Shown here: positions 56,832 to 64,000 of the stretch, piece by piece
How positions within the stretch are numbered: the first letter of the stretch is position 1
Layout: every line of letters begins with the position of its first letter
Source of the DNA: Desulfotignum sp.
GTDB taxonomy: Bacteria; Desulfobacterota; Desulfobacteria; Desulfobacterales; Desulfobacteraceae
DNA length: 64,000 nt
Assembly: GCA_035268565.1 (NCBI GenBank)
Contig: DATFKQ010000058.1
Location: 6,295-70,294 of the forward strand
Direction: 5' to 3'
Made by a program: the position numbers and the translations under genes
The notes under the pieces: generated by a model
Database searches by the model: none
What the model saw: the letters and a program-made list of their open reading frames with translations, nothing else
Told to the model about the DNA's origin: nothing

Positions 56832-57611
56832 ATGTCCCTTGATCTGCACAGCGACACACACATGCACTCCACCTATTCAGACGGCAGGGCCACCATCGCT
56901 GCAATGGCTGAAGCTGCTTTTGAAAAAGGATTTACCACCATAGCCATCACCGACCATGTGCCTTTGCCTTTTGACAGCCGGTATGCCATGAAAATGGCGC
57001 AGATGGCTGCATACCGCAAAGAGATAAACCTGATAAAGCAGGCCTATGAAGGCAGAATGGCCGTAAAATCCGGCCTGGAAATCGAATATATCCCGGAGCA
57101 CAAAGACTGGTTCGCATCCATCGCATCCATGGACTGGGATGTCACCATTGCATCGGTTCACACCCTGGTTGTGGGCAGCACCCCCTGCCTGGTCAACGGC
57201 AACGGGACTGAATTTCACACCTGCCTGGGTAAAAATTTCAACCAGGATATCACATCCCTTTGCCGGGCATATTATCAGACCCTGCAGGAAGCGGTTCAAA
57301 CCGGGTGGTTCGATATAGTGGGACACCTGGATGTATTGAAAAAATACAATACCAATAACCGATTTTTCAATGAAACAGACACCTGGTACCAGGAACTGGT
57401 GGAAGATACCCTGGATGTCATCAGGGATCAGAAAATGAAACTGGAAATCAACATGGGTGCCATGGCGCATCCCATCGGTATTCCCTACCCGTCTCCCTGG
57501 ATTGTGAAGACAGCACAAAAAAAAGGTATTTCTCTGGTCATGGGATCTGATGCCCATCATCCCGGGGGCATTGGTAAGGATTTCGACCGGATCCAGGATA
57601 TGCTTGCCTGA
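56832..57611 (+). CDS. PHP-domain phosphoesterase, HisJ-type histidinol-phosphatase family
   Basis: 259 aa. DTHMHSTYSDG metal-binding start; AITDH; GSDAHHP near the C-terminus. Confidence 0.82.
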   Translation: MSLDLHSDTHMHSTYSDGRATIAAMAEAAFEKGFTTIAITDHVPLPFDSRYAMKMAQMAAYRKEINLIKQAYEGRMAVKSGLEIEYIPEHKDWFASIASMDWDVTIASVHTLVVGSTPCLVNGNGTEFHTCLGKNFNQDITSLCRAYYQTLQEAVQTGWFDIVGHLDVLKKYNTNNRFFNETDTWYQELVEDTLDVIRDQKMKLEINMGAMAHPIGIPYPSPWIVKTAQKKGISLVMGSDAHHPGGIGKDFDRIQDMLA

Positions 57612-57629
57612 AAAAAAACAGCCCTGTTA

Positions 57630-58097
57630 TCAGATATTACTGCCTGCCACCGGCATCACTGCCATGGTCAACCGGGACACACAGACCTTTTCTCCGGCTG
57701 CATTTTCTATGGTGATGTCCCAGACATGGGTGGTACGTCCCAGGTGTACCGGCCGCACCGTGCCGGTCACCCTGCCGGTGCGCACCTGTTTGAGATGATT
57801 GGCTGATATTTCAAGGCCAACGGAATAATGATCGGAATCCAGGGCCAGAAAAGAGGCTACGCTGCCCAGTGTTTCTGCCAGCACAACCGATGCCCCGCCA
57901 TGGAGGATGCCCATGGGCTGGACGGTGCGGTGATCCACCGGCATGGTGGCGCAGATAAAATCAGGTCCGAATTCTGTAAATTCAATGCCCATATGGCCCA
58001 CAATGGTTTTGTCAATGACCGGTGCAAACGGTGTCATATCAAGGGGTTGTTTCCAAATCTGCTGCATGTCGTCTCCGTATATTTTTTGGGAAGTCAT
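57630..58097 (-). CDS. PaaI/hotdog-fold acyl-CoA thioesterase
   Basis: 155 aa. LHGGASVVLAETLGS motif typical of PaaI/YbdB-type thioesterases. Confidence 0.85.
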   Translation of the reverse strand: MTSQKIYGDDMQQIWKQPLDMTPFAPVIDKTIVGHMGIEFTEFGPDFICATMPVDHRTVQPMGILHGGASVVLAETLGSVASFLALDSDHYSVGLEISANHLKQVRTGRVTGTVRPVHLGRTTHVWDITIENAAGEKVCVSRLTMAVMPVAGSNI

Positions 58098-58172
58098 ATC
58101 CTGTTTTTCAGCTAATGCATACTTTAGGATTTATTTTTACTGAAGTTGCCGGATGGTTCCGGCGCCAGCATA

Positions 58173-59339
58173 TCAACCGGGAATCCGCACCATCCGGCTG
58201 GCGGGAATGACCTCGATTTTTCCTTTTAGTTTGGGCAGCTCAATTTTCAGGGTTTCCAGGGTGGCGGGATATGGGTGGCCGATACCGATGGCAGCCCCGT
58301 GTTTTTTGGCAATTTTTTTGAGCTGGGCAAACTGACCGGTGATATACTCTACCTCCTGGACATTGTCCAGAAACACATCCCGTTCGGCAAACCGGACCTG
58401 AAGCAGGCGCGCAGATGCACGGCACCGGGAGTTTTTCGCAGTTCTGGAGTCAATGAAAAACAGATTTTTCTTTTTCAGGATAGTGAACACCTGGTTCATC
58501 TGGTTGGCATGGGTGGTAAACATGGACCCCATGTGGTTATTGACCCCTGAGACCCCCTGGACCTCTCCCAGGTTTTTTTCCAGCTGGGCAATCAGCACAT
58601 CGGGCGGCATGCTGGTGAGCAGGGCCCCGGGCCCTGGATTCACCGAAGGATATTCCATTGGTTCCATGGGCAGGTGCAGCATGATTTCAGCACCTTTGTC
58701 AGCCAGCATTCTGGAAGTGACCCGGCCGAACGGCGACCAGGGCAGGACGGAAAAACTGATATTCGGCTCCAGTGCATGCAGGGCCATGGCAATTTTTTTA
58801 TCATATCCGATATCATCAATAATCAGGGCTATTCTGATCGTCTCATCTTCCGGCGGCGGTTTGACAGCTGAAGGTTCTTTCCGGATATCACCCAGGCCCT
58901 CAAAAACTTCATATACAATGGGGTGGCCGTTTTTTTCCATGAGCCCGGGCTGGGGCTTTTTGGGCGGCAGCTCACTGATATCTTCATACACAGGCGCAGG
59001 TTTATCCAGCCCCTCTGGCTTGTAAGTATCTGGTGAGGGGGCAGGTTTACCCGCAGTCTTGGGGACCTTATCCGGCAAAGGTGCGGGCTGCCGGATATAC
59101 ATATCCGCCAGCATGGCCCCTGTAAGGCATATGCCCACCAAAATCAGAACACCGATAATCACCTTTTTCAATTCCAACGGCACATCAATTTTTTTTGGGG
59201 TGCCGGTCTTTTTTTTGGGAGAAACCGATTTTTTTGTTCCGGATATTTTTTTTTTGGTTACCGCTTTTTTGGGCACTGCTTTTTTTGATACTGATTTTCT
59301 GGGTGCCGGTTTTCCAGCACCCTTTTTTTTAATTGCCAT
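58173..59339 (-). CDS. divergent polysaccharide deacetylase (YibQ/DUF610) family protein with a Lys-rich N-terminal tail and one TM helix
   Basis: 388 aa. The first ~55 residues are K/P/A/S-rich (AIKKKGAGKPAPRKSVSKKAVPKKAVTKKK...), then a TM segment VIIGVLILVGICLTGAML, then the YibQ-type domain (IALIIDDIGY..., LHLPMEP, NNHMGS). Confidence 0.85.
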   Translation of the reverse strand: MAIKKKGAGKPAPRKSVSKKAVPKKAVTKKKISGTKKSVSPKKKTGTPKKIDVPLELKKVIIGVLILVGICLTGAMLADMYIRQPAPLPDKVPKTAGKPAPSPDTYKPEGLDKPAPVYEDISELPPKKPQPGLMEKNGHPIVYEVFEGLGDIRKEPSAVKPPPEDETIRIALIIDDIGYDKKIAMALHALEPNISFSVLPWSPFGRVTSRMLADKGAEIMLHLPMEPMEYPSVNPGPGALLTSMPPDVLIAQLEKNLGEVQGVSGVNNHMGSMFTTHANQMNQVFTILKKKNLFFIDSRTAKNSRCRASARLLQVRFAERDVFLDNVQEVEYITGQFAQLKKIAKKHGAAIGIGHPYPATLETLKIELPKLKGKIEVIPASRMVRIPG

Positions 59340-60660
59340 TTACTTTTTTGAAAACTCCATAGCTTATAAGGATATCAAGGGCTCTTCTCACCTGAGCATC
59401 CTTTTGAAGCTGTTCAGTTTCCTGCTGCTGCGATTGTCTGGATGGCGCCGGTGACGGTGTTCCGGATTTTTTATCATCTGCTGCTTCAGGCAGCAGGCTG
59501 TTTTGCAGGTCTTTTTCCTTAACCATCCGGTCAAAGGCAGAGGCCTTTTTGGTCTCTTTTTCAAGGATAGCATGGGCCACGAGGATATCGGGCTGGATGC
59601 CTTTTGCCTGTATGGATCTGCCGCTGGGCGTGTAATACCTGGCAATGGTGTATTTGAGACCGTATCCGTCTTTCAAGGGACGGACAGTCTGGACCGATCC
59701 TTTTCCAAAAGAGGGGGTACCCAAAATCAGTGCCCGGGAATGGTCCTGCAATGCGCCGGCAACAATTTCAGATGCAGATGCAGATCCACCGTTGATCAAC
59801 ACCACAATGGGATATTTTGGGTCATCTTTTCCGGGATGGGCTTCATATACCTGGGGATTTTTTTCCTGGCGCCCCTTGATGGAAACAATCACGCCCTGGT
59901 CCAGAAAAAAATCAGAAGCCTTTATGGCCTGATCCAGCAGTCCGCCGGGATTATCCCGCAGGTCAATAACAAGTCCTTTGAAATCATTTTTCCGGGTTTC
60001 CAGTTTTTCAAGGTGTTCGCGTATCTCTTCATGGGTATTCATCCTGAAATTGGTGATCCGCAGGTATCCGTAGCCGGGCTTGAGCATTGCCGATCTTACG
60101 CTGGTCATGGGAATCAGGTTCCGTTTTAAAGAAAATACCAGGGGTGCGGGTTCATCCTCCCGGATAATGGTAATTTTCACCTCTTCATGCCTGGGACCCC
60201 GCATCTTGCTCACCGCCTCCCACAATGCCATGCCTTTGGTGGATTCACCATCAATTTTCACAATGATATCCCCGGCAAAAATGCCGGCTTCATAGGCAGG
60301 GGTGCCCTCAATAGGAGACACCACGGTCAATATGCCGTCTTTCATGGTGATTACAATACCGATGCCGGAAAATTCCCCTTTGGTGTCATCCTGCAGGTCA
60401 TCAAATGCTTCAGGCGGCATAAAACTGGAATGAGGATCCAGGTTTCCCACCATACCTTTGATGGCGTTGTGGATCAGGGTGTCGGCATCCACCTCATCCA
60501 CGTAATTTTTTTCCAGTTCTTCCAGGACATCAACGAATAATTTCAAAGAGGTGTAGGTTTTGTCTGTTTCAGCACAAACCGGTATTCCCCAGGACAGGAC
60601 CAAAGCCAGGGCCAAAGCCGTCCCGAACAGCCACCGGGTATAAAACGATCGAATTATCAT
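59329..60660 (-). CDS. S41 family C-terminal processing peptidase (Ctp/Prc-like)
   Basis: The ORF frame is open to 60687. ATG 60660 has an AAGGAG RBS. PDZ domain (GIGIVITMKDGILTVVSPIEGTPAYEAGI), catalytic Ser region NGGSASASEI, and Lys in GKGSVQ. Confidence 0.92.
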   Translation of the reverse strand: MIIRSFYTRWLFGTALALALVLSWGIPVCAETDKTYTSLKLFVDVLEELEKNYVDEVDADTLIHNAIKGMVGNLDPHSSFMPPEAFDDLQDDTKGEFSGIGIVITMKDGILTVVSPIEGTPAYEAGIFAGDIIVKIDGESTKGMALWEAVSKMRGPRHEEVKITIIREDEPAPLVFSLKRNLIPMTSVRSAMLKPGYGYLRITNFRMNTHEEIREHLEKLETRKNDFKGLVIDLRDNPGGLLDQAIKASDFFLDQGVIVSIKGRQEKNPQVYEAHPGKDDPKYPIVVLINGGSASASEIVAGALQDHSRALILGTPSFGKGSVQTVRPLKDGYGLKYTIARYYTPSGRSIQAKGIQPDILVAHAILEKETKKASAFDRMVKEKDLQNSLLPEAADDKKSGTPSPAPSRQSQQQETEQLQKDAQVRRALDILISYGVFKKVNGN

Positions 60661-60665
60661 GGGTT

Positions 60666-62111
60666 CTATGCTCCTTTTTTTAACCATTTCAGAGGGTCCA
60701 CCGGTTTTCCATGGTGCCTGACTTCAAAGTGCAGACAAAGCCCTTTGATGGAGCCGGTATCACCAGCTGTGGCAATCACTTCACCCGCATCCACTTTTTC
60801 ACCTTTCTGCTTGAAAAATTCCTGCACATGGGCGTACAGGGTATAATAACTTTCACCATGATCTATGATCAAAAGATTGCCATATCCTTTCAGCCAGTCG
60901 GCAAACATGACCTTACCTTTAAATACAGACCGGACAGGTTCCCCCCGTTCCACCTTTATATCAATTCCGCTCTGAAAAGTGAAGGAATTGTAATTTCCGG
61001 ATCGGGACGGGCCGAACCGGGACACGATTTCTCCTTTAACCGGTGCGGGCAGACGGCCTTTTAACCGGGAAAAAACAATACCGCCCGGAAAAGGAGGTAC
61101 CTGTGCCTGTTTTCCAATGGCATGCATTTTTTCATCCAGGCGTATGGCTGCATCCTTCAAAGATGCGAGCGCTGCCTGGGACAAGGCTTTTTTCTGCCGG
61201 ATGTCTTTGAGAATAGCCTCTTTCTTCTCACTTTCCTTTTCCTGGATGCGGATCTGAAGCGCCAGGTCCTGTTCCAGTTTTGCCTTGACAGCCTTTCGTT
61301 CTGTCAATTGCGCCGCAAGGGTCTGAAACCTCTGCAGGTCCCGGGTCTGTTTTTCAATGGCCTGAAAGTCAGAAAGAACAATTTGTTTCATGGCATTCTG
61401 GGAAACAAAAAAGTCAAACATTGATGCCGGCAGACCCATCATATCCAGACTGCCGATATTATGCATACGGTAGAGGGCATTCAGCCGGTCTCCGGCATAC
61501 ACCTGGTTTTCCTGCAGCTGCAAAGCGAGCTGCTCTCTATCGGCCTGTATGGCGGCAATGCGTTTATCCAGATCCCGGGTTTCTCTGGACAGGGCATCCG
61601 CCTTGATCCGGGCCTGGTTCAATGTATAATCGATCTGGTTCAACCCTTCGATAATTTGTGTTTCTTTTTTGCTGAACCGGGTTATCTGTTCTTGTTTTTC
61701 ATTGATGCGGGTCTCAATGGTCTGTTTTTTTTCCTGTATCCGGGGATCGGGTTTCAGGGTATCAGAAACCTTTGAAGGCTGTGTTTTTTCTGCAGGGGAC
61801 ACCTCTTGCAGTTCAATGTATTTAGGGCGGTTGCGGACATAGCCCTGATGGTTTTCATACTGCACTGTCACCCATCCACCGATGCCGCCTTTTACTGCTG
61901 TCACCCCCACTTTGGTGCCTTTTTCCAGTACCAGCACCACTGCGGCATCCTGGGAGGGCTCAGATCGGACATTGAGTCTAGAAGCAGTGATGGTGCCCTG
62001 ATAAATCACCGGTGGTGCAGCCCACAAGGCGGTGGCCGCCACTGTCATCAGCCATGCCCATACCAGGATTATTTTAAGATCTGCTTTAAGGAGAGATAAC
62101 ATCCAAACCAC
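60666..62111 (-). CDS. EnvC-like murein hydrolase activator: signal peptide, SH3b domain, long coiled-coil, and degenerate LytM (M23) domain
   Basis: 481 aa (alternative start 62102). SH3b-like ASRLNVRSEPSQDAAVVLVLEKGTKV...GWVTVQ. Q/E/K-rich coiled coil. In the C-terminal M23 fold, the HxxxD His is Q (FQSGIDI) and the HxH motif reads CLH (LCLHFEV), as expected for a non-catalytic EnvC-type activator. Confidence 0.85.
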   Translation of the reverse strand: MVWMLSLLKADLKIILVWAWLMTVAATALWAAPPVIYQGTITASRLNVRSEPSQDAAVVLVLEKGTKVGVTAVKGGIGGWVTVQYENHQGYVRNRPKYIELQEVSPAEKTQPSKVSDTLKPDPRIQEKKQTIETRINEKQEQITRFSKKETQIIEGLNQIDYTLNQARIKADALSRETRDLDKRIAAIQADREQLALQLQENQVYAGDRLNALYRMHNIGSLDMMGLPASMFDFFVSQNAMKQIVLSDFQAIEKQTRDLQRFQTLAAQLTERKAVKAKLEQDLALQIRIQEKESEKKEAILKDIRQKKALSQAALASLKDAAIRLDEKMHAIGKQAQVPPFPGGIVFSRLKGRLPAPVKGEIVSRFGPSRSGNYNSFTFQSGIDIKVERGEPVRSVFKGKVMFADWLKGYGNLLIIDHGESYYTLYAHVQEFFKQKGEKVDAGEVIATAGDTGSIKGLCLHFEVRHHGKPVDPLKWLKKGA

Positions 62112-62950
62112 CCTAAAAATGTACTGGCCAGAATGATAAGGCCCATGGCCTTGACAGACAGAAACCGGATATCAAGATACACATAAGTGCTCAAATTCTG
62201 AGAAATGCCCGACGACACCGTAAAAAAGGCAGCCAACAGGATCAAAAGTCCCAAAAGACCGCCCAGAAAGCCCTGGAAAAGTCCTTCCACATAAAAAGGG
62301 GTTTTTATAAAGCCTTCAGTGGCCCCTACCAGCCGCATAATTTCAATTTCAAGACGGCGGGAATAAAATGCCAGCCGCACAGTATTGGCAGTAATAAAAA
62401 GGGCGATCAGCAAAAAAAGACCGCACATGGCATACCCGGTGATCCTGAACAATGAAAAAATTTTCAAAAACCTTGCCAGCCATCCCTGGCCGTATTCCAC
62501 ACTTTCCACCATCTCCAGTGCCCCGATTTTTTTTGCAAACGCAGCCACCTCCTGGAAATCACCATGGGTTTTCATCCGGATTTCCAGGGCATGGGGCAAA
62601 GGATTGTGCTTTAAGGTATCAAAAAATCGGGTATGTGAAGACATTTCGTTTTTTAACTTTTCCAGGGCCTGGGATTTTGGAATGAAACGCATGTCCTCCA
62701 CCGCACCCAGGCTGTTGATCCGGGCTTCAAGATCCGGCAGCATCTCCGGGGAAAAAGCAGATTCAAGATAAATCATGGCCCGCCCGCCCTGGTTCCAGCT
62801 TTCAATCACCCGGCTGGCATTTTCAAAAAACAGCAAAAACAGGGATACCACCAGAATGGACAAGGAAATAGTCACTATGGTGATCAGGTTCAAAAATCGG
62901 TTTGACCGAATGTCTGCCAGGGCTTTTTTTATATATCGGGTCATGGGCAT
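62069..62950 (-). CDS. ftsX: cell division ABC transporter permease-like protein FtsX
   Basis: The ORF frame is open to 63025. The likely start is MPMTRYIKKALADIRSNRF (62950). Four TM segments with a large first periplasmic loop. Lies directly downstream of ftsE. Confidence 0.9.
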   Translation of the reverse strand: MPMTRYIKKALADIRSNRFLNLITIVTISLSILVVSLFLLFFENASRVIESWNQGGRAMIYLESAFSPEMLPDLEARINSLGAVEDMRFIPKSQALEKLKNEMSSHTRFFDTLKHNPLPHALEIRMKTHGDFQEVAAFAKKIGALEMVESVEYGQGWLARFLKIFSLFRITGYAMCGLFLLIALFITANTVRLAFYSRRLEIEIMRLVGATEGFIKTPFYVEGLFQGFLGGLLGLLILLAAFFTVSSGISQNLSTYVYLDIRFLSVKAMGLIILASTFLGWFGCYLSLKQILK

Positions 62951-62978
62951 CAGCTTCCTTATCAGGGCATAACAGCAG

Positions 62979-63674
62979 TCAGAGCATGGTGGACGTTTTG
63001 ACCAGCTGTCCCTGGTCCAGCACAATATTGCGGCCCCGCACCATGCTTTCCATCAGGTGCAGGTTATGGCTTGCCACCAGTATGGTTGCGCCTTTCTGGT
63101 GATACGCCATTAGAAAATCCAGCACCAGTCCGGCAGATGCCTGGTCCAGGCTGCCTGTGGGTTCATCAGCCAGGATGATATCCGGGTCCCCCACCACAGC
63201 CCTTGCCACTGCCACCCGCTGCTGTTCACCGCCTGAAAGGGTGGGCGGCAGGGCATTTGCTTTTTTTTCCATGCCGGTGGTGCGCAGAACATGCATCACT
63301 TTTTTGCGGATATAAGAGGGTTTTTCCCCGGCCACCTCCAGCACCAAAGCCACATTTTCATATACGGTCCGGCCGGGAATCAGCTTGAAATCCTGGAAGA
63401 CCATACCGAAGCGCCGCCGCAGACGGGGCAGTTTTGCAGCGGAAATCCGGGCGAGGTTCATGCCGTTGATAAGTATCTGGCCCTCGGAAACCTTTTCAGC
63501 CAGGTAAAGCACCTTGAGCAAGGTGGACTTTCCTGCTCCGGAAGGGCCGGAAATGAAAATGAATTCTCCGGGCTGAATATCCACAGAAACATCGTTCAAT
63601 GCCAGTTTCGCGCCATACCGCTTGGTGACATTAAACAATCTGATAATCGAATGTTTGCTGCTGTCCAGGTTCAT
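62979..63674 (-). CDS. ftsE: cell division ATP-binding protein FtsE
   Basis: 231 aa. Walker [13 protein letters not shown] signature [14 protein letters not shown], and Walker [12 protein letters not shown]. Confidence 0.95.
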   Translation of the reverse strand: MNLDSSKHSIIRLFNVTKRYGAKLALNDVSVDIQPGEFIFISGPSGAGKSTLLKVLYLAEKVSEGQILINGMNLARISAAKLPRLRRRFGMVFQDFKLIPGRTVYENVALVLEVAGEKPSYIRKKVMHVLRTTGMEKKANALPPTLSGGEQQRVAVARAVVGDPDIILADEPTGSLDQASAGLVLDFLMAYHQKGATILVASHNLHLMESMVRGRNIVLDQGQLVKTSTML

Positions 63675-63783
63675 ATTTTTGTATGCATTCAGTTTTCATC
63701 ACAGTCCATATTTGACTGGCACTGAATTTACTGATATATATTGGTTGTGTCAAGGAGTGCTGAAAAACAGTTTTTCTTACACC

Positions 63784-63837
63784 CAAAGCCTTCACTGAAA
63801 CCGTAAACCCGGCTTCTTCCAAACAGTGAAGGCTTTG
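63784..63837. repeat. 14-bp perfect inverted repeat (long hairpin) in the ftsE / tatD divergent intergenic region
   Basis: CAAAGCCTTCACTG (63784-63797) and CAGTGAAGGCTTTG (63824-63837), separated by 26 nt. Ends 27 nt upstream of the tatD-like ATG. Confidence 0.8.
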
Positions 63838-63864
63838 CCATATAAAAACCATAAGGACAGAAAA

Positions 63865-64000
63865 ATGCTGTTATTTGATTCCCACTGCCATATTGACGAC
63901 CCCTGCTTTGCTGCAGATATGGATGCCGTGTTTGAGCGGGCTGAAACGGCAGGGGTCCGGGCCATGGCCATTGCAGGGGTAGACACAGACACCGCCCAAA
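63865..64000 (+). CDS. TatD family metal-dependent hydrolase (5' part only, runs off the window)
   Basis: ATG 63865 preceded by AAGGA. Translation MLLFDSHCHIDDPCFAADMDAVFERAETAGV... has the TatD FDSHCH metal-binding start. Not in the ORF track because no stop lies within the window. Confidence 0.85.
   Translation, partial: MLLFDSHCHIDDPCFAADMDAVFERAETAGVRAMAIAGVDTDTAQ

Noticed and set aside
59160-59340. Series of long T-runs (TTTTTTTTGG-type) that looks like a simple-sequence repeat
   Set aside because: They are the reverse complement of the AAA/AAG lysine codons in the Lys-rich N-terminal tail of the YibQ-family protein. This is coding low complexity, not a non-coding repeat array.
1-64000. 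CRISPR arrays, IS elements, prophage genes, toxin-antitoxin pairs and known defence-system signatures
   Set aside because: There are no regularly spaced repeats. None of the translated ORFs shows transposase, integrase, Cas or phage-structural motifs. The window is almost entirely core housekeeping genes.

Overview
This 64 kb window looks like a gene-dense (about 90% coding) chromosomal core region. Gene content (DapL-type lysine pathway, ADP-forming acyl-CoA synthetase, tandem MoeA, YgiQ radical SAM, many Fe-S proteins) suggests an anaerobic Desulfobacterota-like (deltaproteobacterial) organism, but that taxonomic call is inference only.

Main content, in order:
- Proteostasis and chaperones: rho; the canonical tig-clpP-clpX-lon block; tRNA-Pro(UGG); an SRP (4.5S-type) RNA that the ORF track masks with a spurious ORF; grpE-dnaK.
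- Housekeeping and metabolism: an acyl-CoA synthetase, lolA-like, nadA, yebC, rlmE, radA, ygiQ, and a stand-alone homocysteine S-methyltransferase.
- The only accessory-looking stretch (about 21.0-28.8 kb): a decayed recD relic, then a GntR-associated locus with a multi-cofactor Fe-S/FAD oxidoreductase pair and two aminotransferases.
- Further core genes: typA; a soluble hybrid histidine kinase; the tight minus-strand array uppP-pmm-uvrD-like-MFS; a vWA-OmpA lipoprotein; the array rsmA-HD-GYP-dapL-moeA plus a separate moeA-PBP gene; an M16C peptidase; the array tetR-ACD-panB-DUF2520; the division cluster ftsE-ftsX-envC-ctp-yibQ; and a partial tatD at the right edge.

I found no CRISPR array, transposase, integrase, prophage gene, toxin-antitoxin pair or recognisable defence system. 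I therefore cannot support a clear novel multi-gene system here.

The observations most worth a second look are:
- the recD relic;
- the fused oxidoreductase / GntR / aminotransferase locus with its operator-like palindrome;
- a Rho protein that lacks the N-terminal helix bundle;
- the histidine kinase with an unassignable cytoplasmic N-terminal domain;
- a domain-permuted ADP-forming acyl-CoA synthetase coupled to a TetR gene;
- several unexplained intergenic repeats and hairpins.

All functional calls come from reading motifs in the supplied translations. No database search was run.
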